NCBI GenBank assembly: GCA_027532905.1
Contig: JAPZUA010000001.1
Location: 147,565-211,564 of the forward strand
Direction of reading: 5' to 3'
From: Magnetospirillum sp.
GTDB taxonomy: Bacteria > Pseudomonadota > Alphaproteobacteria > CACIAM-22H2
DNA length: 64,000 bases
In this document: one piece after another, positions 50,893 through 60,756 of the stretch
How positions within the stretch are numbered: position 1 is the first letter of the stretch
Layout of the letters: every line of letters begins with the position of its first letter
Position numbers and translations under genes: made by a program
Notes under the pieces: model-generated
Told to the model about the DNA's origin: nothing
Databases searched by the model: none
The model's input: only the letters and a program-made list of their open reading frames with translations

Positions 50893-51839
50893 GCGAGCTA
50901 CTGCCGGTCCTGTCCTACGCGACGTTCTTTTTCGTCTTCGCGTCGATCTTCGCGACGATGGCGCTCGGGCTCAATCTGCAATGGGGCTATACGGGGCTGT
51001 TCAATGTCGGCGTGGCGGGCTTCGTGGCGGTCGGTGCCTATGCCTCGGCCCTGCTGACCACGCCGCCCGACGCGGCACCGGGTGCCGTGCGCGTCGTCGG
51101 CCTCGGCCTGCCGATCGTGGTGGGCTGGATCGGCGGCACGGCCGCTGCCGGTCTCGTCGCTGCCGCCGTCGGATTTGCAGCTTTGCGACTGCGTCACGAC
51201 TATCTGGCGATCGCGACGTTCGGCATCGCCGTGGTGATCCAGCTCGTCGCCCTCAATGCGCAGAAATTGACTGGCGGGCCGTTCGGCATCCAGTTCATCC
51301 CGAAACCTTTCGACGCCGAACTCGACGGCTCGCTTGCCTTCAACGCGCTCTATCTCGTGCTGACGCTGGCGGCTCTCGGGGCCGTCTATGCGGGCCTCCA
51401 GCGTTTGGCCGCAAGCCCGTGGGGCCGCGTTTTGCGCGCAATCCGCGAGGATGAAACGGCCGCCGAAGCGCTCGGCAAACGCGCCTTCGCGTTCCGCCTG
51501 CAATCCTTCGCGATCGGCGGTGCGATCATGGGCTTCGGAGGTGCTCTCTATGCGCATTTTGTGGGCTACATCGCCCCCGAAGATTTTCTGCCGATCCTCA
51601 CCTTCCAAATCTGGACCATGCTGATCGTCGGCGGGGCCGGCAGCAATCGCGGGGCCATCGCAGGCGCCATCGTCGTGTGGGCGATCTGGACGATCGCGGG
51701 CAACGGCTTGCGCGAACTGATCCCGCCGGCCGACCAGGCGCGCGCGGCCTCGCTGCAGATCGTGCTGGTCGGCGTGCTGCTCGCGGCGATGCTGTTGTGG
51801 CGCCCGCACGGTCTCTTGGGGCCGCGCCCGTCCAAGTGA
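50889..51839 (+). CDS. livM: branched-chain amino acid ABC permease
   Basis: Second Liv system, translationally coupled through ATGA overlaps. Confidence 0.8.
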   Translation: MSELLPVLSYATFFFVFASIFATMALGLNLQWGYTGLFNVGVAGFVAVGAYASALLTTPPDAAPGAVRVVGLGLPIVVGWIGGTAAAGLVAAAVGFAALRLRHDYLAIATFGIAVVIQLVALNAQKLTGGPFGIQFIPKPFDAELDGSLAFNALYLVLTLAALGAVYAGLQRLAASPWGRVLRAIREDETAAEALGKRAFAFRLQSFAIGGAIMGFGGALYAHFVGYIAPEDFLPILTFQIWTMLIVGGAGSNRGAIAGAIVVWAIWTIAGNGLRELIPPADQARAASLQIVLVGVLLAAMLLWRPHGLLGPRPSK

Positions 51840-51915
51840 GGCGTTCCCGCTTGGCGAGCGGATGCGGGACGCGGTATCAAAAAGACTCCAAGAACCCGCG
51901 GAAAAGGGCACGGCC

Positions 51916-52926
51916 ATGATCGCAGCGCGCACGCTCGGCAAATCGGGGATTGCCGTCTCGGAGATCGGTTTCGGCGGCGCGCCGCTCGGCGATCTCTTCG
52001 CCGTGCTCGACGAAAGCGCGGCGGTCGCCACCGTCGAAGCTTCCCTCGATGCCGGCGTGACCCTGCTCGACACATCGCCCCTCTACGGCCACGGCCTGTC
52101 CGAACATCGCATCGGGGCTGCCTTGCGCCGACGGCCACACGTGCGGTCCGTGCTCTGCACGAAGGTGGGCCGTGTCGCCGATCCGTTTTTGCCGCGCGCG
52201 GGCGAGACCGATTTCGTCGGCGGATTGCCGCATCGGCTGCGCTTCGACTATTCCCACGACGGCGCGCTGCGCTCGATCGAGCAGTCGCTGCTGCGCTTAG
52301 GCACATCGCGCCTCGACGTCGTGCTGATCCACGACGTCGATGTGTGGACGCACGGGGCCGCCGCGATCGACGCGCGCTTCGAAGAAGCGGTCGCGGGCGC
52401 CTATCGCGCCTTGCGCCGCTTGCGCGACGAAAAAACCATCGGCGCGCTCGGTGTGGGCGTCAACGAAGCCGACATGTGCATGCGGTTCGCCGAGCGCTGC
52501 GACATCGACTGCGTGCTGCTGGCCGGGCGCTATTCGCTGCTCGAGCAGCCGGCCGCCGAAACGTTCCTGCCGCTTGCACAAGCGCGCAATATCGGCGTGA
52601 TGCTGGGCGGGGTATTCAATTCCGGCATCCTCGCGACAGGCGCTGTCGCAGGTGCCAAGTACAATTATAAACCCGCCCCGCCTGAGATCCGCGCGAAGGT
52701 CGAGAAGATCGAAGCGGTCTGCCGCCGCCACGGCGTCAAGCTCGCCGATGCCGCGCTGCGTTTTGCCCTCGCCCATCCGGTCGTCGCCAGCGTCGTGCTG
52801 GGGGCGGTGACGCCGACTGAAATCGCCGCCCAGCAGGCGAGCCTTGCCGCCACGATTCCGAGGGCCTTGTGGGCCGATCTCGTTGCCCAAGGCTTGCTCG
52901 ACGCAAATCTGCCGGTGCCCACATGA
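51916..52926 (+). CDS. aldo/keto reductase, D-threo-aldose/L-fucose 1-dehydrogenase-like
   Basis: AKR fold; context with the lactonase and FucU. Confidence 0.65.
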   Translation: MIAARTLGKSGIAVSEIGFGGAPLGDLFAVLDESAAVATVEASLDAGVTLLDTSPLYGHGLSEHRIGAALRRRPHVRSVLCTKVGRVADPFLPRAGETDFVGGLPHRLRFDYSHDGALRSIEQSLLRLGTSRLDVVLIHDVDVWTHGAAAIDARFEEAVAGAYRALRRLRDEKTIGALGVGVNEADMCMRFAERCDIDCVLLAGRYSLLEQPAAETFLPLAQARNIGVMLGGVFNSGILATGAVAGAKYNYKPAPPEIRAKVEKIEAVCRRHGVKLADAALRFALAHPVVASVVLGAVTPTEIAAQQASLAATIPRALWADLVAQGLLDANLPVPT

Positions 52927-53759
52927 CGCATCGGCACATCGACGCGCACCAGCATTATTGGCGCGTCGCGCGCGGCGACTATGGCTGGCTCACGCCCGCA
53001 TCGGGGCTGCTCTATCGCGACTACATGCCGCCGGATCTGGCCCCCCTGCTTGCCGCGCACGCAATCGGCGAGACCATTCTCGTGCAGGCGGCCCCCAGTG
53101 TGGCCGAAACGAATTTTCTGCTCGAAATCGCGCGCGGTACGCCGAGCGTTGCGGGCGTCGTCGGCTGGGTCGATTTCGCCGACGGCGACGCGCCTGCGAC
53201 CATCGCTTCACTCGCGCAAAATCGGCTGCTGGTCGGGCTTCGGCCGATGGTGCAGGACATCGCCGACGACGATTGGCTGCTCGACCCGCGCCTCGACGCG
53301 GCGTTTGCGGCACTCGCCGCACACGGGCTCGTGTTCGACGCGCTCGTTCTGCCGCGCCATCTGCGGCAATTGCTCGTGCGCGCCCGCCGCCATCCCAACG
53401 TAACGTTCGTGATCGACCATGCCGCCAAGCCGTTCATCCGGGCTGGCACGCTCGATCCGTGGCGCCGGGAACTCGCCGAACTCGCTTTGCTTCCGAACAC
53501 CACCTGCAAACTCTCGGGCCTCGCCACGGAAGCCGCCGAAAACTGGACCGTTGCCGACCTCGCCCCCTATGCGGCGCACGTGCTCGCCTCGTTCGGGACC
53601 GAACGCACGCTCTGGGGGAGCGATTGGCCGGTCGTCGAGAAAGCCGGCGGCTATGCGCGCTGGTTCGACACGGCTCAAACGCTTGCCGGTTTGCATCCCG
53701 GCGTGTTCGGCGACAATGCGGCACGCCTCTATCTTGCGACGCGCGGAAGGAACGCCTGA
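52923..53759 (+). CDS. amidohydrolase-2 family lactonase (L-fucono-1,5-lactonase-like)
   Basis: PF04909-type fold (HIDAHQHYW ... FVIDHAAKP). Confidence 0.65.
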   Translation: MTHRHIDAHQHYWRVARGDYGWLTPASGLLYRDYMPPDLAPLLAAHAIGETILVQAAPSVAETNFLLEIARGTPSVAGVVGWVDFADGDAPATIASLAQNRLLVGLRPMVQDIADDDWLLDPRLDAAFAALAAHGLVFDALVLPRHLRQLLVRARRHPNVTFVIDHAAKPFIRAGTLDPWRRELAELALLPNTTCKLSGLATEAAENWTVADLAPYAAHVLASFGTERTLWGSDWPVVEKAGGYARWFDTAQTLAGLHPGVFGDNAARLYLATRGRNA

Positions 53760-54214
53760 TGCTGACGAATATCGATCCGGTTCTGTCGCCCGATCTGCTG
53801 TGGGTGCTCGCCGCCATGGGGCATGGCGACGATCTTGCGCTCGTCGATGGCAACCATCCGGCCGAAACGATCGCGGCACACACGACGTCCAAGCGGCTGG
53901 TGCGCCTGCCGGGCTTGACGATGGAGCGGGCCGCGCGCGCCATCCTGTCGGTGCTGCCGCTCGACGATTTCGTCGACGATCCGGTGCGCCGCATGCAGAT
54001 GGTCGGCGATCCCGCGACCGTACCCGACGTGCAGAAGCGCGTACAGGCCGAGATCGATCGTGCCGCAGGCCGTAGCCTCGCACTCGTCGGCATCGAGCGC
54101 TTTGCGTTTTATGCGGCCGCAAAATGCGCGTTCGCCGTCGTACAGGTCGGCGATCCGCGCGCCTATGGCTGCTTCCTGCTGCGCAAGGGCGTGATCGCGA
54201 CCGAACTCCGATAG
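53759..54214 (+). CDS. fucU: L-fucose mutarotase (RbsD/FucU family)
   Basis: MLTNIDPVLSPDLLWVLAAMGHGDDLALVDGNHP closely parallels E. coli FucU. Confidence 0.8.
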   Translation: MLTNIDPVLSPDLLWVLAAMGHGDDLALVDGNHPAETIAAHTTSKRLVRLPGLTMERAARAILSVLPLDDFVDDPVRRMQMVGDPATVPDVQKRVQAEIDRAAGRSLALVGIERFAFYAAAKCAFAVVQVGDPRAYGCFLLRKGVIATELR

Positions 54215-54218
54215 GCAA

Positions 54219-55715
54219 TCAGCCGAAGACCGGCCCGTGCGGGCGCAAGCGTAAGCCTTTGCGCAAGCGCTTCCACGCGAGTGCGGCCGGATCGGCCGGA
54301 TTGGGGCCCGGTGCGGCGACAACCAGCACCTCTTCGGCGATCGGCTGGAAATCGGCGCGGAAATGCACCGAGCTCTTGACCGCGACGATCTTTTCGCGGA
54401 TCGGCTCGATGCCGACATGGCGGAACATTTCCTGGTCGGCCGTCTGCACCTTCTTGCTCGCGAGCACCACGCGAACGCCATTCGCCTCGAGTACTGCCAT
54501 CGGCCCCAGCTGCATGCGGCTGCCGCCGTAGAACGGCCCCGTGCACATGAAAGCACCGTCCCCGGTCGCCAGCACCTTGAACGGGCCGACGACCGGCTCC
54601 ACCCCCGGCCAGCCGAACAAGGCGCCCAACCGAAACTCGGCACTGTTGCCGATGCCCACTTGATGCGCCTGGCGTGCGGCGGCGGGATCGATCAGCATGC
54701 CCAACACCGCGCCTTGCGGGCGCAGGCGCAGCATGGCCGCAAGCAGCCCGGTCGTGTCGCCGTTGCCGCCCGCACCGGGATTGTCTTGCGTATCGGCGAG
54801 CACGACCGGCTTGCCGTTGCGCCCGCCACGTGCGGCCGCGCGTGCGACCGCGTCTGCAGGCGAATAGAGTTCCGCCACATAGTCGCGCTCGGCCTCGCAC
54901 ACAGCGGCCGCGAGTTCGGCAACGGCGGCCTCGATTGCGGCAGCATTGTGCGCAAAGCCGAACACGGACGGCGCGCAGTCGCGAATGTCGGCGGCCGGAA
55001 AGCCCGTGCAGTAGGACAAAACGGCACCGCTGCGCGTCTCGATCTCGGCCAAGCGCCGATAGAGTCCGGCACTTGGCTCGATCAGCGAGCATTGTGCCGT
55101 GAGCGGGATCATGAACGGGATCTGGCGGAAAGCGCCAGCAAGCCGCTCGCCCGTGGCAAGCAGGCGTGCGACGAGCGCGAAGGCGCGCGCGCCCGTCTCG
55201 GCCATATCGACATGCGGATAGGTGCGGTAGGCAACGCACGCATCCACGATATCGAACATCGCGCGCGACACGTTGGCGTGCAGATCGAGCGACACGACGA
55301 TGGGCACGTTCCGCCCGACGACCGCGCGCACGCGGCGCACGATTTCGCCCTCGCCGTCTTCGAGCGAGTCGGTGACCATCGCCCCGTGCAGATCGAGATA
55401 GACCGCATCGACCGGCAAAGCCTTGGCAAGATCGGCGCACATCGCGTCGACGACTTCCGCGAAGATGTCGTCGGCGACTTCCGCGGAGGGCGTGGCATTG
55501 GCACAGATCAGCGGGGCGAGCCTGTGGCCCGCGGCCGTGGCGGCCGCGATGAAACCCGCGATCGGCACGTTCATGCCCACAAATGCCGCCGGAATGGCAG
55601 CCCCCCGCACCATCGACGGCCAGCCGCCGCCATGCAGAAAGGCCGCGCGATCGGCTTTGGAAGGCGCAAACGTGTTGGTTTCGTGCTGGAAGGTTCCGAC
55701 CGCGATCGTCGCCAT
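54219..55715 (-). CDS. M81 family metallopeptidase (microcystinase MlrC-like)
   Basis: MATIAVGTFQHETNTF N-terminus and about 500 aa. Confidence 0.7.
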   Translation of the reverse strand: MATIAVGTFQHETNTFAPSKADRAAFLHGGGWPSMVRGAAIPAAFVGMNVPIAGFIAAATAAGHRLAPLICANATPSAEVADDIFAEVVDAMCADLAKALPVDAVYLDLHGAMVTDSLEDGEGEIVRRVRAVVGRNVPIVVSLDLHANVSRAMFDIVDACVAYRTYPHVDMAETGARAFALVARLLATGERLAGAFRQIPFMIPLTAQCSLIEPSAGLYRRLAEIETRSGAVLSYCTGFPAADIRDCAPSVFGFAHNAAAIEAAVAELAAAVCEAERDYVAELYSPADAVARAAARGGRNGKPVVLADTQDNPGAGGNGDTTGLLAAMLRLRPQGAVLGMLIDPAAARQAHQVGIGNSAEFRLGALFGWPGVEPVVGPFKVLATGDGAFMCTGPFYGGSRMQLGPMAVLEANGVRVVLASKKVQTADQEMFRHVGIEPIREKIVAVKSSVHFRADFQPIAEEVLVVAAPGPNPADPAALAWKRLRKGLRLRPHGPVFG

Positions 55716-55746
55716 TTTTTGTCCTCTGACTTTGCCGTACCCGCTT

Positions 55747-56868
55747 CTAGCCGACCACGTGCCATTGGTGGCGAAAGCCGCCCAGCGCCCGGCCGCCGTC
55801 GGTGCCGACCAGATAGTTGTTGGTGGCCGAAATCCCGAGCCCGTCGGCCGTGAGAATGCCGGGATGAATGTTGATCATCGTGTTTTCGCGGATCGGATCG
55901 GCCGATCCCGGCAGCCCGAATGGGCGCAGCAGCGAGTGCATGCCCTGGCCGTGGAAATCCCACAAACGGCGGCCGACGATCTCGACGCCGGCTTTTTCAT
56001 AGGTTCGGCGGATGACGCCCACGACGTCGTCCGCGACGATGCCAGGCCGCGTCGAGGCGATCGCGTTTTCGATCGCCTCGGCCACGAGGGAATGTTTGCA
56101 AAGCCACGCCGCTCCGGGCGGCCGAAACGAAAAACAAGCGCCAAGCTCGACGAGATAGCCGTCGTCGGTCAGGAACTCCATGAACATTTTGTAGACATCG
56201 TCGGCGTCGATGCGCCGATCCGTCGCCGGGCGCGTGCCGGCCTTAAAATCGTGGTTGAGATGGATGACGCCCTCGAGCGCACCCCGACCGATCGCCGTTT
56301 GGAACGCGTCGGCCACAACCTCGCGCTCGCTGCGGCCCGGGCGCAGCGCGGCTTTGAATGCGTCGAACACGCGCGCGACGTCGTCGTGCGCGCGCGCAAC
56401 GGCGCCGAGATCCTCGGGCGACAAAACGCACCACAGATCCTCGACGAGGTCGGTCGCATCGGCGAGCGGATTCGCCGGCAGGGCCGCCGCCAGCTGCTGC
56501 GCGTCACCATGCCCCAATATCGTCTTCATGCCGACGATGCCGATCGTCGCCTTGGCGCCGACGGTTTCCTTGAGAAGGGCGGCTGCGGCTGCGATCTTGT
56601 CGGGAACCGCGCGCGTGTCGGCGATGGCGCTAAGCTCCTTTGCCCATTCGGCCTGGGCACCCATCCCGAGCAGCAGTACTGGATCGCGTGCCAGCGAAAC
56701 CACTAGAAAAGCCGTGCCGCCATAGAGGCGCCAATTCGCGTAGTAGCGAATATAGCCCTTTTGCTGGAATTCGGTGTTGCCGACGATCACGAGGGCCTCG
56801 AAGCCCGCTTCGCGCATGCCTGCACGCAGGCGCTGCTGGCGACGGTCGATCTCGGTCGGCGATGCCAT
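55747..56868 (-). CDS. M24 family metallopeptidase (creatinase/Xaa-Pro peptidase-like)
   Basis: Creatinase N-terminal-like domain plus a pita-bread C-terminal domain. Confidence 0.65.
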   Translation of the reverse strand: MASPTEIDRRQQRLRAGMREAGFEALVIVGNTEFQQKGYIRYYANWRLYGGTAFLVVSLARDPVLLLGMGAQAEWAKELSAIADTRAVPDKIAAAAALLKETVGAKATIGIVGMKTILGHGDAQQLAAALPANPLADATDLVEDLWCVLSPEDLGAVARAHDDVARVFDAFKAALRPGRSEREVVADAFQTAIGRGALEGVIHLNHDFKAGTRPATDRRIDADDVYKMFMEFLTDDGYLVELGACFSFRPPGAAWLCKHSLVAEAIENAIASTRPGIVADDVVGVIRRTYEKAGVEIVGRRLWDFHGQGMHSLLRPFGLPGSADPIRENTMINIHPGILTADGLGISATNNYLVGTDGGRALGGFRHQWHVVG

Positions 56869-56982
56869 GCGGGCGTGTCCCTTCTGCGCGACCACGCGCG
56901 CAATTCGTTAGGCTAGCCGCATCCGCCCTTCGGAATCCACCGCCTTGCCGGTTCAGGGGTTCTGTTCAAATCTCGGAGCAAT

Positions 56983-58440
56983 ATGGGATACTCCCCGCCC
57001 CATGAACGCGCGATCCGAATCGGCGGCACGCATTTGACGCAAGCGGAAACAGACGACCGCCTCTACGACGTGCTCGTGGCGGGCGGCGGCAATGCGGCCT
57101 TGTGTGCGGCGATCGCGGCGCGCCGCGGCGGCGCAAGCGTACTGGTGCTCGAAGCCGCACCCAAATTCTACCGCGGCGGCAATACGCGCCACACGCGCAA
57201 CATGCGCTGCGCCCACGACACGGCGACCGAGACGCTGACGGGTCCCTACACGGAAGACGAATTCTGGACCGACCTCCTTCAGGTGACGGGCGGCCAGACC
57301 GACGAAGAACTTGCCCGGCACATGATCGCGGAATCCAAAGAAATGCTCGACTGGATCGCCGAACAAGGCGTGCGCTTCCAGCCGTCGCTGGGCGGCACGC
57401 TGAGCCTCGGGCGCACCAATTCGTTTTTTCTGGGCGGCGGGCGCGCGATGTTGAATGCGCTCTACCGCACCGGCGAAAAGCTCGGCGTCGAAGTGCGCTA
57501 CGATGCCGAACTCGTCGGCCTCGATATTCGCGACGGCATGTTTCTGGCAGCCCACGTGAAAAGCGGCGACCGCACGGCGAAGATCCGAGCGAAAGCCTTC
57601 GTTGCGGCAGCGGGCGGGTTCGAAGCCAATATCGAATGGCTCAAGCAATATTGGGGCGACAAGGCCGACAATTTCCTGATCCGCGGTACGCCCTACAATC
57701 GCGGCAAGGTTCTGAAGATGCTACTCGACGCAGGGGCCCATCCAGTCGGCGATCCCACGCAGTGCCATGCGGTTGCGATCGACGCGCGCGCGCCCAAATT
57801 CGACGGCGGTATCATCACGCGGCTCGATTGCGTCGTCTTCGGCATCGTGGTGAACAAACATGCCCAGCGCTTCTACGACGAGGGCGAAGATTTCTGGCCC
57901 AAGCGCTATGCGGTATGGGGCAGGCTCGTAGCCGCCCAGCCCGACCAGATCGCTTACATCCTGTTCGACAAAAGCACATCGACGCTGTTCATGCCGTCGC
58001 TGTTCCCGGCCATCGAAGCGCCGACAGTCGGTGCGCTTGCGACAAAGCTCGGCCTCGATCCGGCTGCCCTCGAAAAGACCGTGCGCGACTTCAACGCGGC
58101 CGTCCAACCCGGCAGTTTCGATGCGACGGTGCTCGACGATTGCCGCACGCATGCGCTGGAGCCGCCGAAAAGCCATTGGGCGCGGGCACTTGAAACGCCA
58201 CCCTACTTCGCCTATCCGGTGCGGCCGGGCATCACCTTCACGTATCTCGGCACAAAGATCGACAAGGGCGCGCGCATCCTGATGCAAGACGGCAAACCCT
58301 CTTCCAATATGTTTGCAGCCGGCGAGATCATGGCCGGCAACGTGCTCGGCAAAGGCTATGCGGCCGGGATCGGCATGACGATCGGTGCTGTGTTCGGCCG
58401 CATCGCGGGTCGGGAGGCCGCCAAACGTGCGAACAACTGA
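56983..58440 (+). CDS. tcuA: FAD-dependent tricarballylate dehydrogenase
   Basis: DVLVAGGGNAALCAAIAA FAD site. Immediately followed by tcuB. Confidence 0.8.
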   Translation: MGYSPPHERAIRIGGTHLTQAETDDRLYDVLVAGGGNAALCAAIAARRGGASVLVLEAAPKFYRGGNTRHTRNMRCAHDTATETLTGPYTEDEFWTDLLQVTGGQTDEELARHMIAESKEMLDWIAEQGVRFQPSLGGTLSLGRTNSFFLGGGRAMLNALYRTGEKLGVEVRYDAELVGLDIRDGMFLAAHVKSGDRTAKIRAKAFVAAAGGFEANIEWLKQYWGDKADNFLIRGTPYNRGKVLKMLLDAGAHPVGDPTQCHAVAIDARAPKFDGGIITRLDCVVFGIVVNKHAQRFYDEGEDFWPKRYAVWGRLVAAQPDQIAYILFDKSTSTLFMPSLFPAIEAPTVGALATKLGLDPAALEKTVRDFNAAVQPGSFDATVLDDCRTHALEPPKSHWARALETPPYFAYPVRPGITFTYLGTKIDKGARILMQDGKPSSNMFAAGEIMAGNVLGKGYAAGIGMTIGAVFGRIAGREAAKRANN

Positions 58441-59536
58441 GCCCGCAACGCCCGCCCTTGCCGAAGCCGACCGTTTGATGACGGTCTGCAACTCGTGCCG
58501 CTATTGCGAAGGCCTGTGCGCGGTGTTTCCGGCGATGGAGATGCGCCGTAGCTTCACCGACGGCGATCTGCGCTACTTCGCCAATCTCTGCCACGGTTGC
58601 GGCGCCTGCTACGACGATTGCCAGTTCGCCCCGCCGCACGAATTCGACGTCAACGTGCCCAAAGCGCTCGCCGAGCTGCGCGCCGAATCCTACGCGCTTT
58701 ATGCGTGGCCGCGCGGTGCGGGCCGTCTCTTCGAGCGCAACGGGCTTGCGGTCGCCCTTGCCGCGTCGCTGAGCGTGGCCGCTTTCGTCGCAGGCTTCGC
58801 GGCATGGACGGACCCAAGCGTGCTGTTCGGCGCGCATGCAGGACCGGGGGCGTTCTATCGCGTGATGCCGCACAACACGATGGTGCTGATTTTCGGCGGC
58901 GTTTTTCTCTACGCGCTCTTGGCCCTTGCGATGGGCCTGCGCGCGTTTTGGGCCGAGGGCAAGGGCGCTGATGCCGGCGCGCATGCGGCGGCAGCGCACG
59001 ATGCGGCACGGTTGCGCTATCTCGACGGCGGCGGTGCGGGCTGCAGCGACAGCGACGATCCCACGCCGGACCGTCGGCGCCTGTTCCACCATCTCACCTT
59101 CTACGGCTTCCTCTTGTGCCTCGCTTCGACCTCGGTCGCCACGCTCTACCATTATCTGCTCGGCCGCGAGGCCCCGTACCCTTGGTACGATCTGCCCGTG
59201 CTACTCGGCACGCTGGGCGGCATCGGCTTGCTTGTGGGCCCGATCGGCTTGCTGCGCGAGAAAGCCAAACGCGCGCGCGCCACGCGCGTGCCGCAGCTCG
59301 GCGGCATGGAAACGGCGTTCGTTGCGATGCTGTTCTTGACGAGCCTTACGGGCCTCGCCCTGCTGGCGCTGCGCGAAACGGCGGCGATGGGCCTGCTGCT
59401 CGCAGCCCATCTCGGCGTCGTGTTCGGACTTTTCCTGACGCTGCCCTACGGCAAGTTCGTGCACGGGCTTTATCGTTACGCCGCCCTTGCGCGCTACGCC
59501 AACGAGCGAAAATCGCGCCTGCACGCGGGCGAATAA
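58427..59536 (+). CDS. tcuB: tricarballylate utilization protein B (membrane Fe-S electron transfer protein)
   Basis: CNSCRYCEGLC and CHGCGACYDDC clusters followed by TM helices. GTG start with GGGAGG RBS, 14-nt overlap with tcuA. Confidence 0.8.
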   Translation: MRTTEPATPALAEADRLMTVCNSCRYCEGLCAVFPAMEMRRSFTDGDLRYFANLCHGCGACYDDCQFAPPHEFDVNVPKALAELRAESYALYAWPRGAGRLFERNGLAVALAASLSVAAFVAGFAAWTDPSVLFGAHAGPGAFYRVMPHNTMVLIFGGVFLYALLALAMGLRAFWAEGKGADAGAHAAAAHDAARLRYLDGGGAGCSDSDDPTPDRRRLFHHLTFYGFLLCLASTSVATLYHYLLGREAPYPWYDLPVLLGTLGGIGLLVGPIGLLREKAKRARATRVPQLGGMETAFVAMLFLTSLTGLALLALRETAAMGLLLAAHLGVVFGLFLTLPYGKFVHGLYRYAALARYANERKSRLHAGE

Positions 59537-59716
59537 CCAACGACTGCATCGCGCGAACCCGCGAACGCAGGTACGTAGAATCCGAGCCTATCGTCTTTCG
59601 GCGGCAAATTTGATGGTCGCGGCCGATGATCGGGTTCCCTTTCGCCGACGAACCGCTCATCGCGCCTGAAATGCCGTGGATATCGCTCCGCGAGCTCTCA
59701 ACATTTGGAGAAACTT

Positions 59717-60166
59717 ATGACAACGACTCTTCTGCACGACGACATCGTCGCGACCGCCGTCAAGGCCGGCTCGTTCAAGACTCTGGTCGCGGCCGTCAAA
59801 GCGGCGGGCCTCGTGGCGACGCTCGAAGGGACGGGCCCGTTCACGGTGTTCGCGCCCAACGACGACGCTTTCGCCAAGCTGCCGAAGGCGACGCTCGACG
59901 ATCTCCTGAAGCCGGAAAACAAGGCCAAGTTGACCGCGATCCTCACCTATCACGTGGTCAGCGGCAAGATGATGTCGAAGTCGCTTGCTGGCAAGGCGAC
60001 GAAGGCGAAGTCCGTTCAAGGCGCGGAGCTCTCGATCGATGCGACCAAGGATGTGATGGTCGAAAACGCCAAGGTCGTGAAGGCGGACATCGAGACGTCG
60101 AACGGCGTCATCCATGTCATCGATACCGTTCTCATGCCGCCCGCCAGCGCCAACACCCATCGCTGA
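59717..60166 (+). CDS. fasciclin (FAS1) domain protein without recognisable signal peptide
   Basis: FAS1 motifs [10 protein letters not shown] and ILTYHVV. RBS GGAG. Confidence 0.75.
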   Translation: MTTTLLHDDIVATAVKAGSFKTLVAAVKAAGLVATLEGTGPFTVFAPNDDAFAKLPKATLDDLLKPENKAKLTAILTYHVVSGKMMSKSLAGKATKAKSVQGAELSIDATKDVMVENAKVVKADIETSNGVIHVIDTVLMPPASANTHR

Positions 60167-60199
60167 CGAACCCGAACCAGCAGCCATTGGGCTGCTGGT

Positions 60200-60583
60200 T
60201 CGCCCCTCGCCCGCGCTCCGAAAAGACCAGAAACAAGCGCTTCACGCGGCTTTCGACGCATGCGCAGCGATGCGTGCGGCGAGTTGTGGCATCCAAGCGC
60301 TGCAATTTCACTCAAGCCTTTGCTCTCCATGAGGATGCCCTTGGCGCGATCGACGATCTTGCGCGCTTCGAGCGATTCTTGCGCATCCACCAAGGCGCGT
60401 TTGAGGCGCTGATGCTCGCAAAGAACGCGCGATGGCCACGTCGAGAAAGGGCTTCACGCGCTTGGCGGCGAGGTCGTCGACAATGCGACTGCCCGAGCCG
60501 TCGAGCGCCTCGTCCACGAGGCGCGCGCGGGCCGGGTCGGCAACGACCAGCCGAATGTCGATCGGTTCGACGGTTTCGTCCAT
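60200..60583 (-). pseudogene. remnant of ANTAR-type response regulator (NasT/AmiR-like), N-terminally truncated and frameshifted
   Basis: Frame A (60583-60308) reads ...RVKPFLDVAIARSL. Frame B (from 60393) reads SLEARKIVDRAKGILMESKGLSE. Together they reconstitute the REC-end and ANTAR junction of NasT. There is no room for a full REC domain upstream, and the 3' part overlaps the fasciclin gene. Confidence 0.45.
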
Positions 60584-60756
60584 TGGCGCTTGGCGATGCA
60601 GGGTCTATGCCGAGGCCGCATGCGAACTCTTGCCCCGCCTCGTTGGGAAGATGCCAAGACCCAGTCTCGATGCCCAGCTATCCTACGCCGCAGGACGACA
60701 GAATGCCTTAGGCCGCGCGGCGAACGCCGATGCGGCGAGCGCAGCAGCGCCGAGAT

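Noticed and set aside
60016-60393. Intact 125-aa ANTAR-domain protein
   Set aside because: Only the first ~30 residues look ANTAR-like. The rest overlaps the fasciclin gene antisense and lacks a REC domain. Treated as a pseudogene remnant.
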